Below, piece after piece: positions 7,415 to 18,222 of a stretch of 32,000 nt of DNA. Every line of letters starts with the position of its first letter. Position 1 is the first letter of the stretch. The DNA comes from an uncultured Chloroflexia bacterium (GTDB lineage Bacteria; Chloroflexota; Anaerolineae; Anaerolineales; Anaerolineaceae). Location of the stretch: NCBI GenBank assembly GCA_963704755.1, contig OY969938.1:3720001-3752000 (forward strand), in the 5' to 3' direction. The notes below the pieces were generated by a model. It made no database searches. It had not been told where the DNA came from and saw only the letters and a list, made by a program, of their open reading frames with translations. Position numbers and translations under genes: made by a program.

Positions 7415-7431
7415 CAACTTATTGTAGAATT

Positions 7432-9942
<2,511 letters not shown>

Positions 9943-10132
9943 GGCAACTTCCTCCTATACTTTCAAAGAAATCCATTCTTTTGGAATGGATCAAAACAAA
10001 TTGGGGAGTGAACCCCACAACACGCTGCAAAAACAAACAGCAAGAAATGACTGATTCTAACTACTCGGCTTACGGCAGAAAAGCTTTTCTGCCATCAGAT
10101 ATAGCAGTAACGACTGTTTTTATCTTGTTTAA

Positions 10133-10160
10133 ATTCTACCAGACTTTAAAAGGTTGTCGA
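10133..10160 (-). promoter_or_regulatory. Candidate clpC promoter
   Basis: The minus strand reads TCGACA (10160-10155), a 16-nt spacer, then TAGAAT (10138-10133). This would give a leader of about 185 nt. Pattern match only. Confidence 0.3.
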
Positions 10161-10524
10161 GTCACCTGTTCGGGGGATTGTGAGCTTCACCGCGAAGAAA
10201 TCGGTCAAATCCACTGTTTTTTGTACAATTAACGAAACTGTTAATGCAGTTTACCAGAGTCTGGGAAAATTGCCAGGTATAATTTATACAATCCACTGAA
10301 AAGTACAACTTAGTGGCACTCCCGCTTACTTTACGAACAGCCCTCATCCAACCTCTCTCTCCATTAACGGAGAGGTTGGGAGATCCTTTCCTTTTTCTGG
10401 GATCAGGGGAAAGAAGGATTGCAAGGGGTCAGGGGGATATGCCGTCAATTTCGCGAGACCGCCACTAAGGACCTGTCCAAACTAAGCCGGGCAGCAGTAT
10501 TCCCAGGACAGGTACAAAGCAGAT

Positions 10525-11775
10525 TTGCGGGGAAATAAAAAATATCCTTCCTTCGCAGAATCATCACCGATGACATTGAAATCTCGTGGCATATTCAGGC
10601 AAATTAAGGCTTCTCCGGTATACCTCGGGAGTGTAGCCTTTATCACCTACCGGATCGCGATCACCGCGGTGGTGGCGCTTTTGGCGGTGTATTACCCGCC
10701 TCGGGCGACCCTGGACCGCGAGATAATCCACAACGAGACGGAAGAATTGAGCCAAAGCCCACTTGCGCAATACCTGGTTCTGCCCTGGCTGCGCTGGGAT
10801 ACGGTAGATTACATTTCTCTGGCGGTCAACGGCTACGATCCGCAAAACAACAACACCGTTTGGCCGCCGCTCTATCCATTTCTGATCAAGATCACCGGCT
10901 TGTTGATTGACGATCCGACGATTTGCGCCTTGCTCATCGCCAACCTGGCTGCCTGGGGATTTTTTGTTTTAATGGCCGGCTATACCGGCCGGTTTTGTGA
11001 CCGGGGCCAGGTCAAAGAAACATTGTTTTGGATCATGGCTTTTCCGACCGCCTTTTTCCTGGTGGCCGGGTACACCGAATCGTTGTTTCTGCTTTTCACT
11101 CTGGCCTGCCTGTCTTTTGCCCGCAGCCAGAAGTGGCTGCCGGCGGGGTTATTTGGTGTATTGGCCGTTTTAACGCGTAACCAGGGGATTGTGTTGTGCC
11201 TGCCCATCCTGGTACTGATGATACAGGATTTTCGTGAGAACCCGGCCGGGCTCACCTTGAGCGAAATTCTCAAGCGGATCATGGCCTTAGGAATGGTGCC
11301 AATGGCCTTCCTGATCTATGTCTTGTACATAAAATGGGCCGTTGGCGCGCCTTGGCCATGGGTTTCCCTCAATTTAGGCTGGCATGTCGCCATGACCTGG
11401 CCGTGGGTAGGGCTTTTGGGCAATTTTTCCAGTATGTTTTTGCCTGCCCATGCGGTCAATTTTTCGCTGGTTGCACGCGCGGGTGACCTTGTTCTAACCC
11501 TTCTGGCTATTTTTATTTTGCTCAAGACGAGCGATAAAGCGGAGCCATTCGAATTGAGCTATACCTGGGGGTCGATGGCACTGTTGTTGTGCAAAACGAT
11601 CGACGGGAATATATCCTCCAGCTATTCGCGATATCTCCTGTCGATTTTTGTTATTTTTATCGGCTGTTCGCAAATTGTGAAAAGAAAATGGAGCAGGCTG
11701 GCCCTGTTCTTTTTCTTCGCCTTGGGCCAGGCGATCTTTTTGGCTTATTTCGAAATGTGGGGGTTTGTCGCCTGA
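10525..11775 (+). CDS. Polytopic membrane protein, probably a GT-C-type glycosyltransferase (PIG-V/mannosyltransferase-like)
   Basis: 416-aa ORF with about 10 hydrophobic segments. The N-terminal loop motif LPWLRWDTVDYISLAVNGY...VWPPLYPFLI resembles bacterial PIG-V-like/GT-C enzymes; this comes from memory and is not a search result. The ORF-track start is TTG 10525, and ATG 10570 (MTLKSRG...) is an alternative. Confidence 0.6.
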   Translation: MRGNKKYPSFAESSPMTLKSRGIFRQIKASPVYLGSVAFITYRIAITAVVALLAVYYPPRATLDREIIHNETEELSQSPLAQYLVLPWLRWDTVDYISLAVNGYDPQNNNTVWPPLYPFLIKITGLLIDDPTICALLIANLAAWGFFVLMAGYTGRFCDRGQVKETLFWIMAFPTAFFLVAGYTESLFLLFTLACLSFARSQKWLPAGLFGVLAVLTRNQGIVLCLPILVLMIQDFRENPAGLTLSEILKRIMALGMVPMAFLIYVLYIKWAVGAPWPWVSLNLGWHVAMTWPWVGLLGNFSSMFLPAHAVNFSLVARAGDLVLTLLAIFILLKTSDKAEPFELSYTWGSMALLLCKTIDGNISSSYSRYLLSIFVIFIGCSQIVKRKWSRLALFFFFALGQAIFLAYFEMWGFVA

Positions 11776-11778
11776 AGC

Positions 11779-11843
11779 GAATTAAGATGTTCTATATTTT
11801 TTCGTGTGATTCATACGCAAAAAAATATAGAACATCTTAATTC
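11779..11843. repeat. Hairpin palindrome (24-bp stem, 17-nt partly paired loop) between convergent genes
   Basis: GAATTAAGATGTTCTATATTTTTT (11779-11802) pairs with AAAAAATATAGAACATCTTAATTC (11820-11843). It starts 4 nt after the + gene stop, and its right arm contains the stop of the minus-strand ygbA-like gene. Confidence 0.85.
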
Positions 11844-12238
11844 TTGCTTGAATTGCCCGGCAATGCCGGCGCTTTCATCAGCCGGCCGTCCAGCAGGTGC
11901 AGGAGGGTCAACCCTGGGTGGCGCAAGAGCAGGCGCGGGCCGGCATAGCGCATCACCTGGCGGACCTGGCTTCGCATAGCCGGTTTGTAGCAATGCACTG
12001 TGCAGTTCGCGCAGGTCGGCTTGGCTTGCTGGAAGGGGCAATGTTCGATGCGCTGGAGGGCGTACCGGTAGAGCGCATCACAATTCGGGCATAACGCGTC
12101 CTCAGCAGGATGGTGGTCATGGCAATATAAGCGGATAAGCTGGAAGATGGTGGCCTTTTCGCGGGCGATCCGTTTGGTTTTATCCAGGTGGAACAAAGTC
12201 AACGCGCTTACTCTTCCAGCAAATAGGCCATGATCCAC
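11837..12238 (-). CDS. YgbA_NO family protein (nitrous-oxide-stimulated promoter family), Cys-rich
   Basis: 133-aa ORF. The motif pattern LYCHDHH...LCPNCDALYRYALQRIEHCPF...KPTCANCTVHCYKP.MR..VR.VMRYAGPRLLLRHP matches my recollection of PF11756. The listed start overlaps the upstream gene by 31 nt, and an internal TTG (about 12199) may be the true start. Confidence 0.7.
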   Translation of the reverse strand: MDHGLFAGRVSALTLFHLDKTKRIAREKATIFQLIRLYCHDHHPAEDALCPNCDALYRYALQRIEHCPFQQAKPTCANCTVHCYKPAMRSQVRQVMRYAGPRLLLRHPGLTLLHLLDGRLMKAPALPGNSSKN

Positions 12239-13260
12239 TGGGTGGTCGACACCAGGGCATCCAGGTGAGTGCGCTCATAGTTGTGAGAGGCATCCACACC
12301 CGGGCCGATCAGCGCGACTGCCAGGTCGGCGCCGCTGCGCAGCAGGGCCGTGCCGTCGGAGCCGTAATAGGGATAAATATCTACCTGGTAGGGAATAGCA
12401 TATTTTTCGGCCAGGCGGCGCATTCGGTTGCTCAGGTTGTGATCGTAAGGGCCGCCCGAGTCTTTGACGCACAGGGTGGTATGGAATTCGTCGGAGGCCT
12501 GGCCCTCGCCTACAGCGGCCATGTCGACCACGACCAGCTCGCCGACCTCGGCCGGGAAACCGGTGGCGGCGCCGTGGCCAACTTCCTCGTAATTGCTGAT
12601 CAAGGCGTAGGCGGTCTGGCGCGGTTTTCGGCCGGCCTGGTGCAGGGCCTGCAAAGCCGCCACAACGCAGGCGACACAGGCTTTGTCGTCCAGGTGACGC
12701 GAGCGGACAAAGCCGTTGGTTACTTCCACGCGCGGGTCAAAGGCGATGAAATCGCCCACGCGGATGCCCAGGGACTCGGTCTCGGCCGGGCTGGTGGTGC
12801 GCTCGTCCAGGCGAATTTCCAGGGTTTCTTCGTTACGCGGGGTGCTGCTCAGTTTTTCGCCGTAAACGTGGGTGGATGCCACCTCGATCAAGGCGCTCCC
12901 GCGGATGCGTTTGCCGGACTGGGTAAAGACGGTCACGCCCTCGCCTTCGATGGCGTTCCAGGGCAGCCCGCCGATTTGGGTCATTTTTAACCGGCCGTTC
13001 GGCTTGATCTCCTTGACCATGGCGCCCAGGGTATCGACGTGAGCGGTTAACGAGCGGGGTTTATCGTTGCGTTCGCCTTCTACGCGGGCCATCAAGGCGC
13101 CTTTGCGAGTTTGGGTCAGGGTGATGCCGGGGATTTTGCGGAAGGCTTCGCCGGTAAATTCAATGGCTTTACCGGTAAAACCAGTTGGGCTGGGTGTATT
13201 GAGCAAATCGGTCAGAAAGAGGGTTAATGCGTTGGTGTCGATTACGGGGAGTGAATTCAT
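12208..13260 (-). CDS. M42 family metallo-aminopeptidase (FrvX/YpdE/PepA-like)
   Basis: 350-aa ORF. Its length and motifs are typical of M42 peptidases: TAHVDTLG, RHLDDKACVA, NYEEVGHGAA and VVDMAAVG. Confidence 0.8.
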   Translation of the reverse strand: MNSLPVIDTNALTLFLTDLLNTPSPTGFTGKAIEFTGEAFRKIPGITLTQTRKGALMARVEGERNDKPRSLTAHVDTLGAMVKEIKPNGRLKMTQIGGLPWNAIEGEGVTVFTQSGKRIRGSALIEVASTHVYGEKLSSTPRNEETLEIRLDERTTSPAETESLGIRVGDFIAFDPRVEVTNGFVRSRHLDDKACVACVVAALQALHQAGRKPRQTAYALISNYEEVGHGAATGFPAEVGELVVVDMAAVGEGQASDEFHTTLCVKDSGGPYDHNLSNRMRRLAEKYAIPYQVDIYPYYGSDGTALLRSGADLAVALIGPGVDASHNYERTHLDALVSTTQWIMAYLLEE

Positions 13261-13277
13261 AGGGATATCCTGGAAAA

Positions 13278-13715
13278 TCAGTGCGTCTCGGCTCCGGCCG
13301 GGATGCCTTCAAAGGCGGCGATATCCTGGCGCAGTTGCGGAGAAATGGGAATGCTTTTGTTTTGGTTGTAATCGAAAGTGACCATCACGGCCTCGGCGCG
13401 GGCTTTGACCTCGCCGGTGGTTTCGTTTTCGATCAAATATTCGCTGTTGAAGCTCTTGTTTCCCAGGCGAGTGACTTTCATCCCGACTCGGATTTTTTCG
13501 GTCAGGCGGATGGGAGCGACGTAGGCAATGTGAATATCCGCAACAATCAGGCCCAGGTCGAAAAAATGTTCGCCGTCGAAATGGCCCAGGTTCATGAAAT
13601 AAGCCAGGCGGGTCTGTTCGAGGTAGGTCAAATAACGGGCATTGTTCACATGCCATTGGGGGTCCAGGTCGTTGTAGCGGACCTGAATGGGGATGTAAAA
13701 GTTGTAACCGGCCAT
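13278..13715 (-). CDS. Acyl-CoA thioesterase, hotdog fold (YbgC/4HBT-like)
   Basis: IPIQVRYNDLDPQWHVNNARYLTYLEQTRLAYF is the typical 4HBT N-terminal motif. The ORF track extends to 13790. I prefer ATG 13715 because TCGACA-N17-TATAAT sits immediately upstream, with the -10 ending 6 nt before the ATG. Confidence 0.8.
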   Translation of the reverse strand: MAGYNFYIPIQVRYNDLDPQWHVNNARYLTYLEQTRLAYFMNLGHFDGEHFFDLGLIVADIHIAYVAPIRLTEKIRVGMKVTRLGNKSFNSEYLIENETTGEVKARAEAVMVTFDYNQNKSIPISPQLRQDIAAFEGIPAGAETH

Positions 13716-13721
13716 GCGAGG

Positions 13722-13750
13722 ATTATAACCGCTGGTTTGGGGGCTGTCGA
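13722..13750 (-). promoter_or_regulatory. Promoter placed for a leaderless thioesterase mRNA
   Basis: The minus strand reads TCGACA (13750-13745), a 17-nt spacer, then TATAAT (13727-13722), followed by 6 nt and ATG 13715. There is no SD. Confidence 0.45.
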
Positions 13751-13898
13751 GCGGGGCCATAAAGGTGATGAATGCAAAGCTAAATGTCAAACCGAAAAGT
13801 GATCTCTGTCACTTGTTTGATAAAAATGGTTGAAATAAACTTATTAATAAATAGAGTATTCCTACCCAATTTTCAAATTAAAAAAAGGATGTAAGACT

Positions 13899-14309
13899 AT
13901 GCAAATTACACGTCAGGCAGACTATGCACTAAGAGCTATGCTCTACCTGTCCAAATTGGACCCAACCGTACGGGCTGCAACCAGCCAAATTGCCGAAGAG
14001 CAGCGCATTCCCCCTTCCTTTTTGGCTAAAATTATTTCTCAACTATCGATCGCAGGCCTGATCCATACATCTCGCGGCGCTCGCGGTGGCGTATCCCTGG
14101 CGCGCCCGCCAGAAAATATCAGCATCTTGGAAGTTGTTGAAGCCATCGATGGGCCAATCGCGCTGAATGAATGCACCAATTCGGTTGATGCCTGCCCGTT
14201 TGGCGATGACTGCCCGGTGCGCCCGTTATGGTGCGATGCTCAGGCTGAGCTGGTTACCCGGCTGCGCAACACGACCTTTGGCGCATTTGTCACAGCCTCG
14301 GCGGCCTGA
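13899..14309 (+). CDS. Rrf2-family transcriptional regulator with three-Cys Fe-S ligand motif (NsrR/IscR-like)
   Basis: 136-aa ORF. The N-terminal wHTH (MQITRQADYALRAMLYLS...IPPSFLAKIISQL) is typical of Rrf2. A C-x6-C-x5-C motif is present in ECTNSVDACPFGDDCPV. An AAGGATG SD lies upstream. Confidence 0.88.
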   Translation: MQITRQADYALRAMLYLSKLDPTVRAATSQIAEEQRIPPSFLAKIISQLSIAGLIHTSRGARGGVSLARPPENISILEVVEAIDGPIALNECTNSVDACPFGDDCPVRPLWCDAQAELVTRLRNTTFGAFVTASAA

Positions 14310-14333
14310 AGACTCTAACTCCCTGGATCGACC

Positions 14334-14591
14334 ATGCCTGGTGGAACTGTTTGCAACCGTCGTTGGGTGATCGTCCTTGCGGACGGTTCAATCATGTACG
14401 AAATTGGGGAGCATTGTTTTCAGGATTTGTTCAGTGGTGAGTTTGTAGATTCTGTCAACCAATCAGGCAGCCATACTATTTTGGATGATGAGCTTTACTG
14501 GTTGAAACGCACTGGCCAAATAATAGATTTCGACGACATCAACGTCTACGTTGCCGGGCTACCCGAACGCCCCCTAAAAAGCATTGACTAA
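14334..14591 (+). CDS. Hypothetical small acidic protein (uncertain)
   Basis: 85-aa ORF with no recognisable motif and no clear SD. It is followed 18 nt later by a GAA-loop hairpin, as other + genes in this window are. Confidence 0.3.
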   Translation: MPGGTVCNRRWVIVLADGSIMYEIGEHCFQDLFSGEFVDSVNQSGSHTILDDELYWLKRTGQIIDFDDINVYVAGLPERPLKSID

Positions 14592-14608
14592 TTCGACTGG
14601 AAATCAAC

Positions 14609-14641
14609 CCTGGGTTTTGGCTCGAAGAGCCAGGACCCAGG
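14609..14641. repeat. Hairpin: 15-bp stem with two G:T positions, GAA triloop
   Basis: CCTGGGTTTTGGCTC, then GAA, then GAGCCAGGACCCAGG. It lies between the convergent 3' ends of ORF 14334-14591 and surE. Confidence 0.75.
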
Positions 14642-14737
14642 ATATATCTTTTAACAACCCGGGCAAGTAATGGAATTAGCGAGCCTTTGATATTTTTCAC
14701 ACGCGAAGCCTGCGAAAACGCTTTGGAGATCGCGGGA

Positions 14738-15553
14738 TCAGGCATCTCGCAAGAGCTGGTCCAGGTCCCCCATTTTGAGGCGCGAGGTCATGTCCAGGCT
14801 GAGCGGCGTGACCGCGACCATCTGGTCCACCACCACCGTATGGGCATCCGTTGCGGAGTTGTTTGCGGCTTCCCCCTGGCTGAGCGGCAGGTATTCGACT
14901 TTGCCGGGGTCTTCAAAGAGGCTGGCCCGCCTGGAAACGGGGGTAAAGTACCGGTGGGTGCTCTGCGGAGTGGTTTTCCAGGGGGTTTGTGGGTTGGCCA
15001 GGGCGGGAACGTCGATCTTCAAAATGTTCACGTCCGGGGGTAAGCCCTTGTCGAGCATTTTTTGGGCGAAATAGGTAGTGAAAAATGCCGCGGTCGAAAA
15101 ATTAACCGTGTGCGAGTTGGCAGTGTAACCGTCATCGGTGAGCTGCAAGGAAATGGCCAGGGACGGGATGCCAAACGCGGCCCCTTCCATGGCCGCCCCG
15201 ACCGTCCCGGAGATGGTGATGTCACTACCCAGGTTCTCGCCATAATTGATGCCGGAGATGACCAGGTCGGGCTTTTGGGGCAGCAGATCGATGATCGCGT
15301 ACATGACTGCCTGAGCGGGGGAACCGTTGATCGCGTAGGCGGTCCATTCCTGGCTGCCGATGAGCAATTTCCGTTCGGTGATGCGTCCATCGGTATATAG
15401 CGGGTGACTGCGTCCGGCTCCGGAATATTGCGTGTCGGGGGCAGCGATGGTTACAAATCCGAGCTTGGATAGGGCAGCAGCGGCGGCCCAGAGACCGGGC
15501 GAATCGATCCCGTCATCGTTGGAAAGTAAAATGTTTTTACGGGCTGTCTTCAT
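14738..15553 (-). CDS. surE: 5'/3'-nucleotidase SurE
   Basis: ILLSNDDGIDSPGL is the N-terminal motif characteristic of SurE, and GINYGENLG is also present. The ORF track starts at TTG 15595. ATG 15553 (MKTARKNILLSNDDG) gives the canonical N-terminus. Confidence 0.88.
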   Translation of the reverse strand: MKTARKNILLSNDDGIDSPGLWAAAAALSKLGFVTIAAPDTQYSGAGRSHPLYTDGRITERKLLIGSQEWTAYAINGSPAQAVMYAIIDLLPQKPDLVISGINYGENLGSDITISGTVGAAMEGAAFGIPSLAISLQLTDDGYTANSHTVNFSTAAFFTTYFAQKMLDKGLPPDVNILKIDVPALANPQTPWKTTPQSTHRYFTPVSRRASLFEDPGKVEYLPLSQGEAANNSATDAHTVVVDQMVAVTPLSLDMTSRLKMGDLDQLLRDA

Positions 15554-15864
15554 GTAAAGGATTCTACTATACAACCGGAGAGCTGTTAACGTCAAAGAAC
15601 CGCCCAGACGGACGGTTCTTCTGATTTATTTAGGCTGCGGCAACCTTATCGGAGACCGAGGAGGGATGCCGCAGCCAGACGCAAACTACTATCTGTCATT
15701 TTCACATCACCTCCTCATTCATAAGGATGGCTATTTAAGAGGTTGGTGATTTCACCAGAACCTGTTTATAGTATTCCATAAACACAAGTGCATGTCAAGT
15801 AGGCCATTTGGAAGTTTACAAATTCGTTTGTGTTTTTTTGACTGATCACGCTTACAAAAAAAGT

Positions 15865-15920
15865 CCCCGAATTAAAAGTGTTTGTGGGGACGAAGTCCCC
15901 ACAAACACTTTAATTCGGGG
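15865..15920. repeat. Hairpin palindrome: 26-bp stem with one bulged A, GAA triloop
   Basis: CCCCGAATTAAAAGTGTTTGTGGGGAC, then GAA, then GTCCCCACAAACACTTTAATTCGGGG. Confidence 0.9.
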
Positions 15921-15939
15921 TTCTAATCTATAAGGCTTT

Positions 15940-15976
15940 AGGTGTTTTTGTGAAGCAGCGCTTCACAAAAACACCT
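15940..15976. repeat. Hairpin palindrome: 17-bp perfect stem, AGC loop
   Basis: AGGTGTTTTTGTGAAGC, then AGC, then GCTTCACAAAAACACCT. It ends 8 nt from the stop of the DUF3048 gene. Confidence 0.9.
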
Positions 15977-15983
15977 TTATTCT

Positions 15984-17201
15984 TTACCAGTCGGCCAGGA
16001 AATTGAAGTGCCAGGCGTTACCGTCTTGCGAAATGGTGGTGTTATTGGACATCAACTCGATCCAGGTCTGGCCGGGGTTGAAGGGTACATTGTTGCCCTG
16101 GTCATCAACCAGATGCAGTACGTCGGTGGTCTTGTCGCGCTCCCATTTTACGGAGTACAACTGGCCGTTGCGGGCCAGGTAGGCCGGGCCGGTACCGATG
16201 ATAGAAACATCCAGCACCTCTACACCCGGGCGCGAGTCAGTGTTGGTGTGTTTGGCCTGAATGATGAGGACGTTGTCGGCCGTGATCGGTTCGCCGGTAG
16301 CGGCATCGGTCAGTTGGGCATACTGCGGGTCTGTCCCGGAAGTGTCGTTTTGAGTATCCACAAAACGGGAATATTTATTGGTGGTCGGGTCGTAATCCCA
16401 GCGGTTGTAGATCGCGCCTGAATAGCGCACGAACAACTGGTCGGCAGCCTGGCCGCCGTCAGGGGCGGTGGCATTGAAGTACATGCCGGTCAGGTCCTGT
16501 TTGGAATTATTGATCCCGACGGTCTTCAGATAGCTTTGCAGCGCGCTGGTGTTGGCCATCAAGAAATTGCTGCCGGTCGTGTTATCGCGGCAGACGGCCG
16601 GGCAAGAATAGGAATTTTCCAGGACCAGGCGGTTGCCGAAATCGGAGTTCAGCATGCGTTGTAACACCGGGGCGTAGGCGCTGCCGAACACGAAGACACC
16701 TTTGTACATCTGAACGTAATTCACATCGCTGTACCGGGCCGAGCGGATGGGCTCTACTTTTTCAGCGTCCTGCCCGTAAAATACGGCCGCGAAGCGGGTG
16801 GTGCCATATTCAGTGTAATATTCATAGACAATGTCGGCGCTCGACAGGCCGGATTGCGGGCGGTCTTCGCGCGGTAGGTTCTCAACTTTGATGATGATCG
16901 GCCGCCGGTTGAGGATTTGTGGGTCGCTCACGGTCATTCCAGTCAACGGGTCAACGTTATCGGGGAAATCCGTGGGGCCGTAGCCTTCGGCGGGGTAGTT
17001 GGAGATGGAGGTCGCCAGGACGACCGGGGTTGCCGTCGGTTCGGGGGTATTGGTGGCCGGCACAAAGGGGGTGTCCACCTGTGCGGGCGTGGATGTGGAC
17101 GGTTCTGTGGTCGCAGTCGGCTGCGGGGTCGGCGTGGCCGTACATGCTGCCAGCATCGCCAGAATTACGATCGAAAATATACTGATTTTAACCTTGGTCA
17201 T
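15984..17201 (-). CDS. DUF3048-family lipoprotein (YerB-like)
   Basis: 405-aa ORF with a signal peptide and lipobox (ILAMLAAC), then a Pro/Thr-rich linker. The motif RPQSGLSSADIVYEYYTEYGTTRFAAVF is typical of DUF3048. A GGAG SD lies 8 nt upstream of the ATG. Confidence 0.75.
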   Translation of the reverse strand: MTKVKISIFSIVILAMLAACTATPTPQPTATTEPSTSTPAQVDTPFVPATNTPEPTATPVVLATSISNYPAEGYGPTDFPDNVDPLTGMTVSDPQILNRRPIIIKVENLPREDRPQSGLSSADIVYEYYTEYGTTRFAAVFYGQDAEKVEPIRSARYSDVNYVQMYKGVFVFGSAYAPVLQRMLNSDFGNRLVLENSYSCPAVCRDNTTGSNFLMANTSALQSYLKTVGINNSKQDLTGMYFNATAPDGGQAADQLFVRYSGAIYNRWDYDPTTNKYSRFVDTQNDTSGTDPQYAQLTDAATGEPITADNVLIIQAKHTNTDSRPGVEVLDVSIIGTGPAYLARNGQLYSVKWERDKTTDVLHLVDDQGNNVPFNPGQTWIELMSNNTTISQDGNAWHFNFLADW

Positions 17202-17348
17202 TATAGTTACTCCATCGTTTTCTCAAAAAAAGATCATACTGCCGTTTGTTTTATTATGCCAGGGGGAGAAATCTCGCCTGCAGCGCAAATAGGCAGCAGG
17301 CCACTTTTTATATGACGATAAACCTTATAGATAAGTTCCCGATTAATT

Positions 17349-17377
17349 TTGCCCGGCACCGTACTTGTCGGTATAAT
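17349..17377 (+). promoter_or_regulatory. Promoter placed for a (near-)leaderless DUF2085 mRNA
   Basis: TTGCCC (17349-17354), a 17-nt spacer, then TATAAT (17372-17377), followed by 8 nt and ATG 17386. There is no SD. Confidence 0.5.
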
Positions 17378-17385
17378 CGGACGTT

Positions 17386-18213
17386 ATGGAAACAAGTAAC
17401 ACCCCTGTGCAAAGTCGTAAAGCCCATTGGGGGCCGATCGGTAAAGGCCTGCTGGTCCTGCTGGCGGTTTCGGTGTTCGGCGTGTGGCTGGTGCTGACCC
17501 CCTCCGGCTTGCTGGGCAAGGCCGATGCCATTGGCTATGCAGTCTGCCACCGCATCGCCGTGCGCTCCTTTTTCCTCGGCGACCGGCAGATCCCCTTGTG
17601 CGCGCGCTGCTCGGGCATGTACATTGGTATGTTGGTGGGCATCCTCTACCAGTTACACTATGGCCGCAGAGGCAAAATCCCGCCGTTGAAAATCAGCATC
17701 CCGCTGAGCATTTTCTTCATCACTTTTGGGGTGGACGGGCTGAATTCGTACCTGCAATTCTTCCCCCAGGCGCCTTATCTGTACCCCTCACAAAACTGGC
17801 TCCGGCTGGCTACCGGGGTAGGGATGGGCCTGCTGGTAGCGCTGATCGTGCTGCCGATCTTCAACCAGACTTTCTGGCGCGTTTATGAGGATCGCCCGGC
17901 CCTGGAAAAATGGTCTCAGGTGCCGGCCTTGCTGCTGATCGCAGCGCTGTGCGGGCTGGCGATTTACGGCCAGAACCCAATCCTGCTGTTTCCGCTGGCG
18001 CTGTTGAGCGCCGCGACGGTCCCGCTGGTGCTCAGCCTGTGCTACGCCCTGCTGTGGGTCATCTTTTTCCACAAAGAAAACACGTTCAAGAGTTGGAAAG
18101 ATGGTTGGGTGCCGATGCTGGCCGGCCTGACCACCGCCATGCTGCAAATCGGCCTGGTGGATCTGCTGCGGTTTAGCCTGACCCATACCTGGGCCGGCTT
18201 TACCCTCGGTTAA
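17386..18213 (+). CDS. DUF2085-family membrane protein
   Basis: 275-aa ORF. The motif CHRIAVRSFFLGDRQIPLCARCSGMYIG is the DUF2085 signature. Several TM helices are present. Confidence 0.78.
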   Translation: METSNTPVQSRKAHWGPIGKGLLVLLAVSVFGVWLVLTPSGLLGKADAIGYAVCHRIAVRSFFLGDRQIPLCARCSGMYIGMLVGILYQLHYGRRGKIPPLKISIPLSIFFITFGVDGLNSYLQFFPQAPYLYPSQNWLRLATGVGMGLLVALIVLPIFNQTFWRVYEDRPALEKWSQVPALLLIAALCGLAIYGQNPILLFPLALLSAATVPLVLSLCYALLWVIFFHKENTFKSWKDGWVPMLAGLTTAMLQIGLVDLLRFSLTHTWAGFTLG

Positions 18214-18222
18214 TTCGAATAA

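Noticed and set aside
9943-10524. CtsR operator or CIRCE element upstream of clpC
   Set aside because: There is only one GGTCAAA heptad and no tandem repeat. TTAGTGGCACTC (about 10310) does not match TTAGCACTC-N9-GAGTGCTAA.
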